A DNA stretch of 64,000 nucleotides from an uncultured delta proteobacterium (GCA_963826785.1 CAWGYD010000008.1:256001-320000); one strand, 5' to 3'. Shown: positions 21,576-32,670, counted from the stretch's first letter. Program-made: numbers and translations. Notes: generated by a model from the letters alone, not told the origin.

Positions 21576-22496
21576 TCATTGCCTCCGGAATGCCTCCGCC
21601 TCGATAAAAATCCGTTTGATGATGGGGTATTCTTTCCTGATGCTTTTTTCCAGGCGATCGATGGCATCCGTCAGATCGGACGCGGGCAGGTTTTCGCAAA
21701 ATTCGATGTCGATGTTGAGCAGCACCTGATCGGGGGACAGGTGCATGGTCAGGGTGCGGTGCACTTTTTTCACCGAGGCGTCGGCTTCTACAATTTTTTC
21801 GATGCCCCGGATCACCTCGATATCCACGCTCTCGCCCAGCAGCAGCCCCCTGCCCTCATACGCAAGGAAAATAGCTGTCGCTGCCAGGATGATCCCGATG
21901 AGGATGGAAGCGCCGCCGTCGAAATAGGGGTTGTTGAAATGATGGCTCAAGAAAACCCCCAGGGCCGCGACCACCAGACCGGAAAGCGCCGCCGAATCCT
22001 CGCTGATCACCGTATAAAGCGCCGGATCCTTGCTCCCATGCAGGGTTTTCCAAAACCCCTGGTAGTTTTCGGTGCCGAGCAGCTGCTTGATGGCGATGGA
22101 CCAGGAAACGGACTCTGCAACAAAAGCGATTCCCAGGACGATGTAATTCCAGGTGGGGTCCTTTATCTCATTGGGATGCTGAAAATGCATGATCCCCTCG
22201 TAAAAGGACATGCCGCCCCCCATGCTGAAAAGAAGGACGGCCACCATCAGGCCCCAGAAATAGATTTCCTTTCCGTGGCCGAAGGGATGAAGATCGTCCG
22301 CGGGTTTCCGGCTCCTGCTCATTCCCAGAAGAAGCAAAAGTTCATTGCCGGTGTCCACGACGGAATGGATGCCCTCGGACACCATGGCCGAACTGCCGGT
22401 GATCATCGCGGCCGTGAACTTGCTGGCGGCCACCACCATATTGGCCGCCAGTGCTCCGTAGACGGCGATGTGGCTTTCCCCTGACGCTCTTGCCAT
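21576..22496 (-). CDS. Cation diffusion facilitator (CDF) transporter
   Basis: SEGIHSVVD, HPFGHGKE and EDSAAL, with a C-terminal cytoplasmic domain. Confidence 0.9.
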   Translation of the reverse strand: MARASGESHIAVYGALAANMVVAASKFTAAMITGSSAMVSEGIHSVVDTGNELLLLLGMSRSRKPADDLHPFGHGKEIYFWGLMVAVLLFSMGGGMSFYEGIMHFQHPNEIKDPTWNYIVLGIAFVAESVSWSIAIKQLLGTENYQGFWKTLHGSKDPALYTVISEDSAALSGLVVAALGVFLSHHFNNPYFDGGASILIGIILAATAIFLAYEGRGLLLGESVDIEVIRGIEKIVEADASVKKVHRTLTMHLSPDQVLLNIDIEFCENLPASDLTDAIDRLEKSIRKEYPIIKRIFIEAEAFRRQ

Positions 22497-22519
22497 GATC
22501 TTGATCCTCTGCGATTAAC

Positions 22520-22561
22520 TATTGTCCATCCACAAATTATCTCATTCGTGGATGGACAATA
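22520..22561 (-). terminator. Hairpin closing the ars operon
   Basis: Perfect 14-bp inverted repeat TATTGTCCATCCAC / GTGGATGGACAATA just after the ArsG-like gene. Confidence 0.55.
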
Positions 22562-22572
22562 AGAATAACCCT

Positions 22573-23271
22573 TCAGAAATTAATCACCCGGAAAATATAC
22601 TTGAGGCAAAAATAGATCCCGATCAGGATAAAAAGGACGCCGGTGATACCTCTAAACCAGCGTTCCAGGACCTTCAGGCGGTTGAAAAACAGGCCGGCGG
22701 CCCTTCCGCTGTAGGCGATGAGGATGGCAAATCCGATCACCGGCGCCGCGGTCCCGATTCCGAAAAAAAGCGGCAGAATCAAGCGGGAGCGAAGCTCCAG
22801 GGACAGGGGAATCACCCCGCCGAAAAAAAGGGCCGCAGATACCGGGCAAAACGTCAGCGCGAATAAAAACCCCAGGGCCACCGCCCCGCCGATGCCGCTG
22901 TCCCCCAGCCGTTTCAGCAGGTTCGCATTTACGGCAAATGACGGCAGCTGAACCGGGATGAGTTCCAGGATGAACAGGCCGGTCACCAGCAGAATGGGAC
23001 CCAGGATCTGGTTCATGTGGATCTGGAGAAAGTTGGCCACCCCGGGAATGGAAATCAGCCCCGCAATGAGGGCGGATGCAATCATCACGTAGGACAGGGT
23101 GCGGCCAACGGTATAGGAAATTGCCGCCAGCACCGTGGCATAGGGCGAATTGATCTGCTTTCCGATATACGTGGTGGCGGCGATATTGGTGGCCAGGGGG
23201 CACGGGCTGATGGAGGTGAGAATGCCAAGCCAGATGACGGAAAAAATCTGTGCGGCGCTGAAATCCATCAT
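22573..23271 (-). CDS. ArsG-like / DsbD-CcdA-type membrane protein
   Basis: LTSISPCPLATNIAA and FALTFCPVSAALFF (paired TM cysteines), inside the ars operon. Confidence 0.75.
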   Translation of the reverse strand: MMDFSAAQIFSVIWLGILTSISPCPLATNIAATTYIGKQINSPYATVLAAISYTVGRTLSYVMIASALIAGLISIPGVANFLQIHMNQILGPILLVTGLFILELIPVQLPSFAVNANLLKRLGDSGIGGAVALGFLFALTFCPVSAALFFGGVIPLSLELRSRLILPLFFGIGTAAPVIGFAILIAYSGRAAGLFFNRLKVLERWFRGITGVLFILIGIYFCLKYIFRVINF

Positions 23272-23729
23272 TGTTGTCTCATCCAGCCGCTGATCTCGGA
23301 TGCGACGTATTGATCAAACTGCGCCTCATCCCGCACATAGGTCCAGATCTTTTCCAGGTTTTTCCACCGGATCTCCTTGCCGTCCTTGACTTCGGAAATA
23401 ATCAGGGACTTGGTATAGAGCTGGTAATCCTGGTTATAATGTTCGTTTCCCGAATGATCCACGTTGATGATGCGCCAGACCAGCGTCTTGTTTTTCAATT
23501 CTTCCGAAAAATGGTTTTCGATGGCTTCATTGGACAATTCTTCCAGTTTGTGGCAGGTCGGACAGCGCACTGTGTTGTGGAAATAGGTGGCGACGAAATA
23601 ATGGGACGGATTTTCGATTTCCGGTGCAGGCCCCTGACCCGGTTCTGCAGCCGAAACAGCCGGAATGATACATGCAAACATAAAAGCGAGACAAATACAA
23701 ATGGTCTTCAGGTTTCGTTTAACCGACAT
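23268..23729 (-). CDS. Exported thioredoxin-like protein, ArsF-like
   Basis: Signal peptide, YFHNTVRCPTCHKLE and RWKNLEKIW. Overlaps the start of the ArsG-like gene. Confidence 0.72.
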   Translation of the reverse strand: MSVKRNLKTICICLAFMFACIIPAVSAAEPGQGPAPEIENPSHYFVATYFHNTVRCPTCHKLEELSNEAIENHFSEELKNKTLVWRIINVDHSGNEHYNQDYQLYTKSLIISEVKDGKEIRWKNLEKIWTYVRDEAQFDQYVASEISGWMRQQ

Positions 23730-23946
23730 CAAAACAATCTCCTCCAATGATGATAATTCAACCATTCAAAAGCCGCCATTTCAACCGGGTCCCATGGTGA
23801 GGACAAAGGGCGGGGTATAAGACAGATCTAAATCAAAGAACAGTTCATCGCTTTGAAAAACGATATGTATTTATTGAATACTTGACGCATGGCATCCCCC
23901 AGCGAGCATCCTCACCGTCATTTCGGCCGTCATTAAGCCCGAAGAC

Positions 23947-25041
23947 CTAAGGTCTGCAGCTGACATGGCACACGCCCGTTGGCGTTTCAACCGCATAGGG
24001 GAAATATTTTCGTTTGAACCACAGGGCCGCGTTCACCAGGGAAATCAGCACCGGCACTTCCACCAGGGGGCCGATGACCGCTGCAAAGGCCTGACCCGAA
24101 TCGATGCCGAATACGGACACCGCCACGGCGATGGCCAGTTCGAAATTGTTCGAGGCCGCCGTAAAGGAGAGCGTGGTGGCCTGTTCATAGGTGGCCCTGA
24201 CCTTCATGGACATGTAAAAGGACATGAAAAACATGATGATGAAGTAAATACACAGGGGGATGGCCACCCGGACCACATCCAGCGGCAGTTCAACGATGTA
24301 TTCGCCCTTGAGCGAAAACATCACCAGTATGGTAAAGAGCAGGGCCGCCAGGGTGATGGGGCTGATCATGGGGATGAAATTTTCTTCGTAGCGTTTTGCG
24401 CCCACGGTTTTTAAACCGATGATCCGGGACAGCACCCCCGCGATAAAGGGGATGCCCAGATAGATAAAAACGCTCTGGGCGATCTGCTTCATGGAGATGT
24501 CAACGACCATGCCGGACAGCCCCATCCATTGCGGCAGCACGGTGATAAACACGTATGCGTACACGGAAAAAAAGAGCACCTGGAAAATCGAGTTGAAGGC
24601 CACCAGGCCGGCGCAGTATTCCCGGTCCCCGGCGGCCAGGTCGTTCCAGACGATGACCATGGCGATACAGCGGGCCAGGCCGATCAGGATCAGCCCCGCC
24701 ATGTATTCCGGGTAGCCGGATAAAAAGGCCACCGCCAGCAGAAACATCAGCACGGGGCCGATGACCCAGTTCTGGGCCAGTGACAGGGCGAGCACCTTGG
24801 CATCTTTGAATACGTAGCCCAATTTTTCGTATTTGACCTTGGCCAGCGGCGGGTACATCATCAGGATCAGGCCGATGGCAATGGGGATATTGGTGGTGCC
24901 CACCGTAAATTTGTCGATCACCCGGCTGATCTGCGGAAAGAAGTATCCGCCGCCCACGCCGATGAACATGGCCAGAAATATCCACAGGGTGAGAAACCGG
25001 TCCAGAAAGGAAAGCTTTTTGATGGTTGGATCGTTCATCAT
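23947..25041 (-). CDS. acr3: Arsenite efflux transporter, Acr3 family
   Basis: [31 protein letters not shown] and GPLVEVPVL. Confidence 0.96.
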   Translation of the reverse strand: MMNDPTIKKLSFLDRFLTLWIFLAMFIGVGGGYFFPQISRVIDKFTVGTTNIPIAIGLILMMYPPLAKVKYEKLGYVFKDAKVLALSLAQNWVIGPVLMFLLAVAFLSGYPEYMAGLILIGLARCIAMVIVWNDLAAGDREYCAGLVAFNSIFQVLFFSVYAYVFITVLPQWMGLSGMVVDISMKQIAQSVFIYLGIPFIAGVLSRIIGLKTVGAKRYEENFIPMISPITLAALLFTILVMFSLKGEYIVELPLDVVRVAIPLCIYFIIMFFMSFYMSMKVRATYEQATTLSFTAASNNFELAIAVAVSVFGIDSGQAFAAVIGPLVEVPVLISLVNAALWFKRKYFPYAVETPTGVCHVSCRP

Positions 25042-25069
25042 TCCATTTCCCTAATAGATGGTAGGGTTT

Positions 25070-25303
25070 TTATCCGGCAATCCAGCTCAGGACCTCTTCC
25101 TTTTTGGGAACTTTCCCCACCGATTTGACCTGTCCGTCGATGATCACGGCCGGGGTTCCCATCACCCCGTGTTTGGCAATTTCCATCATATCGGACACTT
25201 TTTCGACAGATGCGTCAATGCCGCTTTCCGCAACCGCTTCTTCTACGATTTTTTCCGTTTTCGCGCATTTGGCACAACCCGGGCCCAATACTTTGATTTC
25301 CAT
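25070..25303 (-). CDS. Small redox-active disulfide protein (Thioredoxin_3 type)
   Basis: MEIKVLGPGCAKC...GVMGTPAVIIDG, 77 aa. Confidence 0.9.
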   Translation of the reverse strand: MEIKVLGPGCAKCAKTEKIVEEAVAESGIDASVEKVSDMMEIAKHGVMGTPAVIIDGQVKSVGKVPKKEEVLSWIAG

Positions 25304-25341
25304 TTTTTCCTCCTTCATCTTCATAAAGCCATAGATGCATT

Positions 25342-25412
25342 GCACCCCCTTTAATTCCCCCCTTGAGAGGGCATCCTTTAATTCCCCCCTTGAGGGGGGG
25401 AAGGGGGGTGTT
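25342..25412. repeat. Family B repeat inside the ars operon
   Basis: Two tandem tttaattccccccttgag units followed by gggggaaggggggtgtt. Confidence 0.8.
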
Positions 25413-25423
25413 GGCAAGAGCAC

Positions 25424-26506
25424 TCATATCACCAGGTTAAACAGATATCCCACCCCCAGGATGCCGCCGGCCACCACCAGGATAAAGGTCCATATCAATC
25501 TCATTTTCAGAACTTTTCGCAGGATCACCATTTCCGGGAAGGACAGCGCGATCACCGACATCATGAAGGCCAGCACCGTCCCCAGGGCCGCGCCCTTGCC
25601 CAGCAGGGCTTCCACCACCGGCACGATCCCGGCGGCATTGGAATACATGGGCACCCCGATCAGTACCGCCAGCGGCACGCTCCACCAGTTGCCCTTTCCC
25701 ATGATCGACGCCATGACCTCCTGGGGGACGAACCCGTGGATTCCGGCGCCCACGGCGATCCCGGCAATCACGTAAACCCAGACCCTGCCCACGATTTCGA
25801 TGACGGCATCTTTTGCATAAACGATGCGCTCCTGCCAGGTCATTTTCGTGCCTTCGGCATCCTGCGCGCCCGTGCGGATCTGGGTCACCCAGTCTTCGAT
25901 ATGGCCTTCCAGTTTCAGCCGGCCCAGGACCCATCCGGCCGAAATGGCCACAAACAGGCCGGTTCCCGCATACAGCAGGGCGATTTTCCAGCCCAGGAGC
26001 CCATAGAGCAGGCCCAGCGCGATTTCATTGACCAGGGGCGCGGCGATTAAAAAGGAAAAGGTCACCCCCAGCGGCACCCCGGCGCTCACAAACCCGATAA
26101 ACAGCGGAACGGCCGAGCAGGAGCAGAACGGCGTGACCACGCCCAGCAGGGCCGCCAGCACGTTTCCGATAAACTCGGTCCGCCCCGAGAGCATGGCGCG
26201 GGTCTTTTCCGGGGTGAAAAAACTCCGGATGAGCCCGACGCCGAATACCACCAGGACCAGCAGCATCAGCACCTTGGGGGTTTCATAGAGCAAAAACGCG
26301 ACGGCACTTCCGGCATGTCCCTCTGGATTGAACCCCAGCGCAGAAAACGTCAGAAAAGTGGCCGCGGATTCAAGCCGCTGATATACCAGCCACCACAGGA
26401 GAACCGCCGCGGCCCCGATGATCAGCAGAACCGGCAGTGAAAGACCGGACAGCCGCAATTGCCGCACGGTGGAAGTCTCGGATATCTCCTCCGGGTTACG
26501 GTTCAT
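25424..26506 (-). CDS. arsP: ArsP/DUF318-family permease
   Basis: TPFCSCSAVPLF, GVPMYSNAAG and ALSFPEMVILRKV. Confidence 0.85.
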   Translation of the reverse strand: MNRNPEEISETSTVRQLRLSGLSLPVLLIIGAAAVLLWWLVYQRLESAATFLTFSALGFNPEGHAGSAVAFLLYETPKVLMLLVLVVFGVGLIRSFFTPEKTRAMLSGRTEFIGNVLAALLGVVTPFCSCSAVPLFIGFVSAGVPLGVTFSFLIAAPLVNEIALGLLYGLLGWKIALLYAGTGLFVAISAGWVLGRLKLEGHIEDWVTQIRTGAQDAEGTKMTWQERIVYAKDAVIEIVGRVWVYVIAGIAVGAGIHGFVPQEVMASIMGKGNWWSVPLAVLIGVPMYSNAAGIVPVVEALLGKGAALGTVLAFMMSVIALSFPEMVILRKVLKMRLIWTFILVVAGGILGVGYLFNLVI

Positions 26507-26617
26507 TTTAAATATCCTTTTTTATGTCATTTTCGCCATATAGACATACAGCGATGTATTTACAGAAAAATTTGATTATCCATATAATACCAGCAGTAGA
26601 TTTTTTATTGTCACTTT

Positions 26618-26657
26618 CTCCCCCCTTTTGCATAAAGGGGGGCGGGGGGGGATTTTT
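26618..26657. repeat. REP-like repeat, family C (single arm)
   Basis: ctcccccctttt gcat aaaggggggcgggggggatttt. Related arms lie near 51.6 and 61.0 kb. Confidence 0.65.
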
Positions 26658-26720
26658 AATTTTCCAATCAAACGCTTTGCTGCATAAGCTGGAGTTTCCC
26701 GAATAAGCAGGCAAAAAGGA

Positions 26721-27065
26721 TTACCGGCCGCAAATGATTTCCCGCCGGATTTCCGGTAAGCGCGCGTGCAAGTCCTGTATTTCGGGATCATCATCCAGCC
26801 AGTGCCGCAGGCTGCCGATGAGGCTTGCCGCATACGGGCTGGCGCCGCCGTCGGCCAGGGTGTAATTGACCCATAGCCCGTCCTTGCGGTAAACGATGAG
26901 CCCCGCATCCCCCAGAATCTGGAGATGCTTGCTGGCGGTGGACTGTGCAATTCCCAGCGCCGCCTGGATCTCGCAAACACACATCATTCTTCGCTGGAGC
27001 ATTTTCATGATCTTGATCCGGCTGGGATCGGACAGCGCTTTCATCACCTTGATAAACGGTTTCAT
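26721..27065 (-). CDS. arsR: ArsR/SmtB-family repressor
   Basis: KALSDPSRIKI, As(III)-binding CVCEI and SKHLQIL. First gene of the ars operon. Confidence 0.9.
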   Translation of the reverse strand: MKPFIKVMKALSDPSRIKIMKMLQRRMMCVCEIQAALGIAQSTASKHLQILGDAGLIVYRKDGLWVNYTLADGGASPYAASLIGSLRHWLDDDPEIQDLHARLPEIRREIICGR

Positions 27066-27377
27066 GGACATCTCCTCATATCGTTAAATTGGAATATAGT
27101 GGTATTTGCGGGGTCTGTCAAGCAGGAAATTCCGGACAAAAACAGCTATGATATGCCCTCAATACTGACGATGGCGATCAATCTGGTTTTACCGGTTGAC
27201 AGCGCTAATAAATATTTTTTATATAAAAATCATATTCTTAAAATATACATGGCGCTGTTGATAAAGCAAAGCGCGCAAGCCGCATTTAAACATCGCCGAT
27301 GATGCTCAAGATAATCATTACCTGGGCAATTTACTAATAATCAATGATTATAAGCATATACAAAGGACTGAGCACCG

Positions 27378-29007
27378 ATGGCCAACCATAACGGCAACGG
27401 GAAATCCCTCGAATCCTGGATCTGGGATGCCGCCTGTTCCATCCGTGGGGCCAAGGACGCGCCGAAATACAAGGACTACATCCTCCCGCTGATCTTCACC
27501 AAGCGCCTCTGCGACGTCTTCGATGACGAGCTGAACCGCATCGCCGCCGAGGTCGGCTCGCGCAAGAAGGCCTTCCAGCTCGCCAAAATGGATTGGCAGC
27601 GGGCACGACGACAAGACTGCAAAGATGCCGCTTCTATTCTTTACCCCTCGTGCCGGACGATCCCGAGCAGCCGGTCTGGTCCGTCATCCGCAAGCTCTCC
27701 GACAAGATCGGCGAAGGCGTCACCACCCACATGCGGGCCATCGCCCGGGAAAACCCGCTGCTGCAGGGCATCATCGACCGCGTCGATTTCAACGCCACCA
27801 CCCACGGCCAGCGCGACCTCGACGACGACCGCCTCTCCAACCTCATCGAGGCCATCAGCACCAAGCGCCTCGGGCTCGACGACGTCGAGGCCGACATCAT
27901 CGGCAAGAGCTACGAATACCTCATCCGCAAGTTCGCCGAGGGCGGCGGCCAGAGCGCCGGCGAGTTCTACACCCCGCCCGAGGTCGGCACCATCATGTCC
28001 CGGGTCCTCCAGCCCGAGCCCGGCATGGAAATCTACGACCCCACCTGCGGCTCCGGCGGCCTCCTCGTGAAATGCGAGATCGCCATGGAGGAAAAACGGA
28101 GGGCGGGTTTTCCAACCCGCCATTTGAAAGGCGGACAGGAATGTCCGCCCTCCTTTGCCCCCCTGAAACTGTTCGGCCAGGAATACACCCCCGAGACCTG
28201 GGCCATGGCCAACATGAACATGATCATCCACGACATGGAGGGCCAGATCGAGATCGGCGACACCTTCAAGAACCCCAAATTCCGCAACAAGCAGGGCAAA
28301 CTCCGCACCTTCGACCGCGTCGTCGCCAATCCCATGTGGAACCAGGACTGGTTCACCGAGGCCGACTACGACAACGACGAACTCGACCGCTTCCCCGCCG
28401 GGGCCGGCTTCCCCGGCAAATCCTCCGCCGACTGGGGCTGGGTCCAGCACATGCACGCCAGCCTCAATCCGGAACCGGCCGCGCCGCCGTCGTCCTCGAC
28501 ACCGGCGCCGCCTCCCGCGGCTCGGGCAATGCCGGCACCAACAAGGAAAAAACCGTCCGCCAGTGGTTCGTCGACCACGACCTCATCGAGAGCGTCCTCT
28601 ACCTGCCCGAAAACCTCTTCTACAACACCACCGCCCCGGGCATCGTCCTCTTCCTCAACCGGGCCAAGCCCAAGGCCCGAAAGGGCAAGGTCTTCCTCGT
28701 CAACGCCAGCCAGATCTTCGAAAAGGGCGACCCCAAGAACTTCATCCCGGACGAGGGCATCCAGCGCATCGCCGACACCCTCATCGGGTGGAAGGAAGAG
28801 GAAAAACTCAGCCGCATCGTCGATCACGCCGAGCTTGCGAAAAACGACTACAACATCTCCCCCAGCCGCTACATCCACACCAGCGACGCCGAAACCTACC
28901 GGCCCATCGCCGAGATCGTCGCGGAACTGAAAGCCATCGAAGCCGAGGCAAAAGAGACCGACAAGGCCCTTAGCAAAATCCTCAAGCAACTCGGAATCGG
29001 CGCATGA
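27378..29007 (+). CDS. hsdM: Type I R-M methyltransferase HsdM (apparent frameshifts near 27600-27640 and 28470; in-frame REP insert at 28098-28153)
   Basis: LESWIWDAACSIRG, GEFYTP, motif I DPTCGSGG, motif IV ANPMW, LPENLFYNT and NDYNISPSRY, spread over three frames. Confidence 0.9.
28098..28153. repeat. RAYT-type REP doublet (family A), in frame within hsdM
   Basis: GGAG-GGCGGGTT-ttcc-AACCCGCC...GGCGGACA-ggaa-TGTCCGCC-CTCC, translated RRAGFPTRHLKGGQECPPS. Confidence 0.9.
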
Positions 29008-30549
29008 AGATCTTCATCAGCAGCGTGCAAAAGGAATTTGCCGCCGAGCGCAAGGCCCTGGCCGCTTACCTTGCAGGCGATCCGCTGCTGCGGCGCTTTT
29101 TCGAACACTTTCTGTTTGAAGAACAGCCGGCGGCCGATCAGCGGGCCGACCAGTGCTACCTCGACGAGGTGGATCGCTGCGATATCTATCTCGGTATTTT
29201 CGGCAATGATTATGGCCGGGAAGATGCCCAGGGGCTTTCACCGACACACTGTGAGTTCAACCGGGCCACCGAAAAGGGCAAGTGCCGTCTGATCTATGTC
29301 AAGGGGGCCGATGACAGCGCCCGGCATCCGAAAATGAGCGCCCTGATCCGTGATGCCGCAGGCAGCCTGATCCGGCGCCGGTTCAATTCCGCCGAGGAGC
29401 TGATCGCCGGGGTGTATGCGAGTCTGGTCAGGATTCTTGAAGAGCGCGAACTGATCCGTTTCGGACCATTTGATGCCACGTTCTGCAGAAACGCAACGCT
29501 TGACGACCTTGATGAAGACAAGATCACCCGTTTTCTGGTGCTGGCCCGGCGCGGCCGCAATTTCCCCTTGCCGGGGGATACGCCGCCGCATGAGGTGCTG
29601 GCGCATCTCAATTTGCTCGACAAGGGACGGCCGACCCATGCCGCTGTTTTGTTGTTCGGCAGACAGCCGCAACGTTTTCTGATCACCTCCGAAGTGAAAT
29701 GCGCCCATTTCCACGGCTATGAAGTGGCCAAACCCATCCCTTCCTATCAGGTGTACAAAGGCACGGTTTTCGATCTCGTGGATCAGGCCAAGGATTTCGT
29801 GCTCTCCAAGATAGACCTGTGGGTGGGAACCCGGGCGGAAAGCACCCAGGCGCCGACGAAATACGAAATTCCGCAGGAAGTTGTCGCCGAAGCCATCGTC
29901 AATGCCGTCGTGCATCGCGACTACACCAGCAATGCCAGCGTCCAGGTCATGCTCTTTAAGGATCGGCTGGAAGTCTGGAATCCCGGCACCCTGCCGCCGA
30001 CCCTGACCCTTGAAAAACTGCGCGGCCCGCATGCCTCCGTTCCGCATAATCCGCTTCTTGCCGAGCCCATGTACCTGACCAAGTACATCGAACGCATGGG
30101 AACCGGTATCCGTGACATGATCCGGCGATGCCGGAAGGCCGGGCTTGCTGAACCTGAAATCAGGCTTGACGGCGGGTTTTTTGTGTTGACGATCCGGAGG
30201 AAAAAGACTGAGCCGGGGACCAGTCGGAACCAGGTCGGGACCAGGTCACCCCGCAAGATACCCACCAGTCGACGGTACCAGTCACCCCACCAGTCGCGGA
30301 GGTTACGTCTCTCGACTCTCGCCTGCGTCGGATCAAGTGGCCCTCTTGGCAACGCCGAAATTCTTGAAGATCTATGGTCTTAAAGATCGTACGCATCTCC
30401 GTGAGCATTATATCGACCCAGCCCTTGCAGACGGACTGGTGGAGCGTACCATCCCCGACAAACCCACCAGTCGCCTCCAGAAATACCGGCTCACGGAAAA
30501 GGGACGCGAATTACTGGAGCGATTGGAAAAGGGAAAGGGCCGGTCATGA
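29004..30549 (+). CDS. DUF4062 + RecG-C-like/HATPase_c_4 + winged-helix protein (frameshifted near 30250-30340)
   Basis: KIFISSVQKEF, EAIVNAVVHRDY, NPG.L, HNPLLA, IERMGTGI, an ACCAG(G)TC repeat linker, and C-terminal TIPDKPTSRLQKYRLT in ORF 30337-30549. Confidence 0.75.
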
Positions 30550-31933
30550 AAAACATTGTGGCTACAGGACAAGTCGAGGCCCAAGAGGCCCAAGTCGGAC
30601 ACCCACCAGTCAAGTCAACAGTCGGCGGGCAAGGATTTGAAGAAGATTTTGGAGAAGATCGGGGTATGAGTGACTGCACGTATCAAGCTTTCACGAATGT
30701 TGCCAGAACTTGTGAATGGCCGGCGATCGCTTTCGAAATCAACAGGGCGTATGACGAAGCTCGTGACGGGACATCGTCCGTTCTATCAAGCGAAAAAAGA
30801 TTCTATGGAGCCACTTATCCAAACGAACGGATCAGATTGCATGTGCGCCGAAGAATGCTGTCGGAAAGCCAGGCGACATTCTTGTCGCGAACGCGCGCCG
30901 GTTGGAGCGACAAATCTTGAACCAAAGATCGTTGCTTGTATCTGGACGTGGCATCGCTGCAGTTCGGGACAAATGGCATCGATCCGCGATTTTCTCTATT
31001 GGCTCAATTCGTAAGACCTTAGATGTGAAGCTATATTATCGACAGCCTCGGGTCAAGTGACTGACTATCACAGGCGAATCAACTAGCAATCACAGTTGGC
31101 TGAATTGCCGATCAATGCACTCCCATCCCACTCCCCGAGCAAAAGAAGATCGCGCACATCCTTTCGACGGTGCAGCGGGCGATCGAAGCGCAGGAGCGGA
31201 TCATTCAGACCACCACCGAGCTGAAAAAGGCCCTCATGCACAAGCTCTTCACCGAAGGCCTCCGCAACGAACCCCAAAAACAAACCGAAATCGGCCCCGT
31301 CCCCGAAAGCTGGGAGGTGGTGCCGTTGTCGATGTCTGCCGATTCCAAAGTGGAGGCACTCCCATCCAAGAAGAACCCGGAATTCTGGCAAGGAACCATT
31401 CCTTGGGTTTCGACCAAGGACATGAAACGCCCCTGCATAACGAAGTTCCAGACCAATCCCCCAAGAAGCACTCGAGAATCGAAAGCAACTTGCACCCGGC
31501 GGTTTCGCTCTTAATCGTCGTTCGACGAGGAATGATCTTGGCAAAGACTGCCGGTCGCGCTCGCAGAAGTTCCGATGGCTATCGAATCAAGAATGAAGGC
31601 CATCATTCCACCAAAGGCTCAAAATCCGCTCCGTATTTCTTTCATCTACTTCAAAACATTACGAGGCAACCTGTCAGAAAGATCGGACGCATCCGGGCAC
31701 GCGAACCGCGCAACTCAATGAGGCCATCGAGATCTCGGAGTTCAAAATCCACTTCCCGACTTGGACACGCAGGAAGAGATCGCATCAGCAATCAAAGCGC
31801 TCGAACGAAAACGAGCTTCATGAACAGAAAGCGAAAACGACTCCAAGACCTCTTCCGCACCCTCCTTCACGAACTGATGACCGCGAAAACCCGCGTTCAG
31901 AACCTTACTTTATCCGAGGATAGTTATGAATGA
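30546..31933 (+). pseudogene. hsdS: Type I R-M specificity subunit HsdS with intact conserved helices and scrambled TRDs
   Basis: [22 protein letters not shown]...[14 protein letters not shown]...[14 protein letters not shown] (about 31130-31325), [20 protein letters not shown] and LQDLFRTLLHELMT. The DNA between these blocks has no continuous frame. Confidence 0.85.
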
Positions 31934-32384
31934 TCCAAGAGGCTCATATTGGAGGCGCTGGGACCTCCACGTGCATACGCCATACTCCGAGCTCAACAAT
32001 GGCTTCGGCGACGACTTCGACACCTACGCTAAGGAGCTTCTCACTCGGGCTAAGGACAACGATATCGCATGCATTGGAATCACCGATTACTTTTTGATCG
32101 ATGGTTACAAGGCTTTGAGAAAAATCGTTGATGAAGACACCAAGCTGGAGGCCCTCCTCGACCCGTCCTGTGCGACGCACGCAAAGAAGGTCCTTTACTT
32201 GCCGAATATCGAATTTCGCTCTTCAACGATCGTTCGCTATCGTGATGCCGGGGGAAGACTCACGATAGCCGGGTCGACTTTCACATCCTCTTCGCTGATT
32301 CAGTGCCATCTGAAACAATTGAAGAGGACTTCCTGCGCGAGCTCAAGTTTTCGGCCGATGGAGCACCCGCTGCACCTGATGTGA
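31926..32384 (+). pseudogene. Truncated PHP-domain N-terminus of a PHP + AAA-ATPase (TrlF/Ppl-like) protein
   Basis: RGSYWRRWDLHVHTP, IGITDY and PNIEFR, continuing in another frame (RVDFHILF...EEDFLREL) and then stopping. No ATPase follows. Confidence 0.7.
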
Positions 32385-32517
32385 GCTCGAATTTCAAGAA
32401 ACCTTTTCCGATATAGAGATTCCAGGGTTTAACCCTGCGGAGAATTGATGATCGATAACTTCTAAGACAGGGCGATAAGACCTCTTCAAGTTGGTATCCA
32501 TGCATAAGTAGGAAGCT

Positions 32518-32643
32518 ATGCCTAAACCCGGAGAGCACAAAACAGTCCAGGCCCGTATCCTTGCATATGCGCAAGAGACTGGTCGTTTGTTTTTAATGAC
32601 AAAAAATGGCTTCATAAAGTCGACATTTATGACGAATAAATGA
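32518..32643 (+). pseudogene. Duplicated remnant of the hsdR 5' end
   Basis: MPKPGEHKTVQARILAYAQETG versus the real hsdR start MKPGEHKTVQARILEYAEAIG at 33112. Similarity ends near 32583. Confidence 0.85.
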
Positions 32644-32670
32644 CAAATATATACTTCTAAATCGTCATAA
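32627..32670. promoter_or_regulatory. Candidate autoregulatory operator of the XRE gene
   Basis: TTATGACGA (32627-32635) and TCGTCATAA (32662-32670) form a perfect inverted repeat in AT-rich DNA about 40 nt upstream of the gene. Confidence 0.55.

Noticed and set aside
23766..23946. Possible small gene or RNA between acr3 and the ArsF-like gene
   Set aside because: No convincing ORF, RBS or structure.
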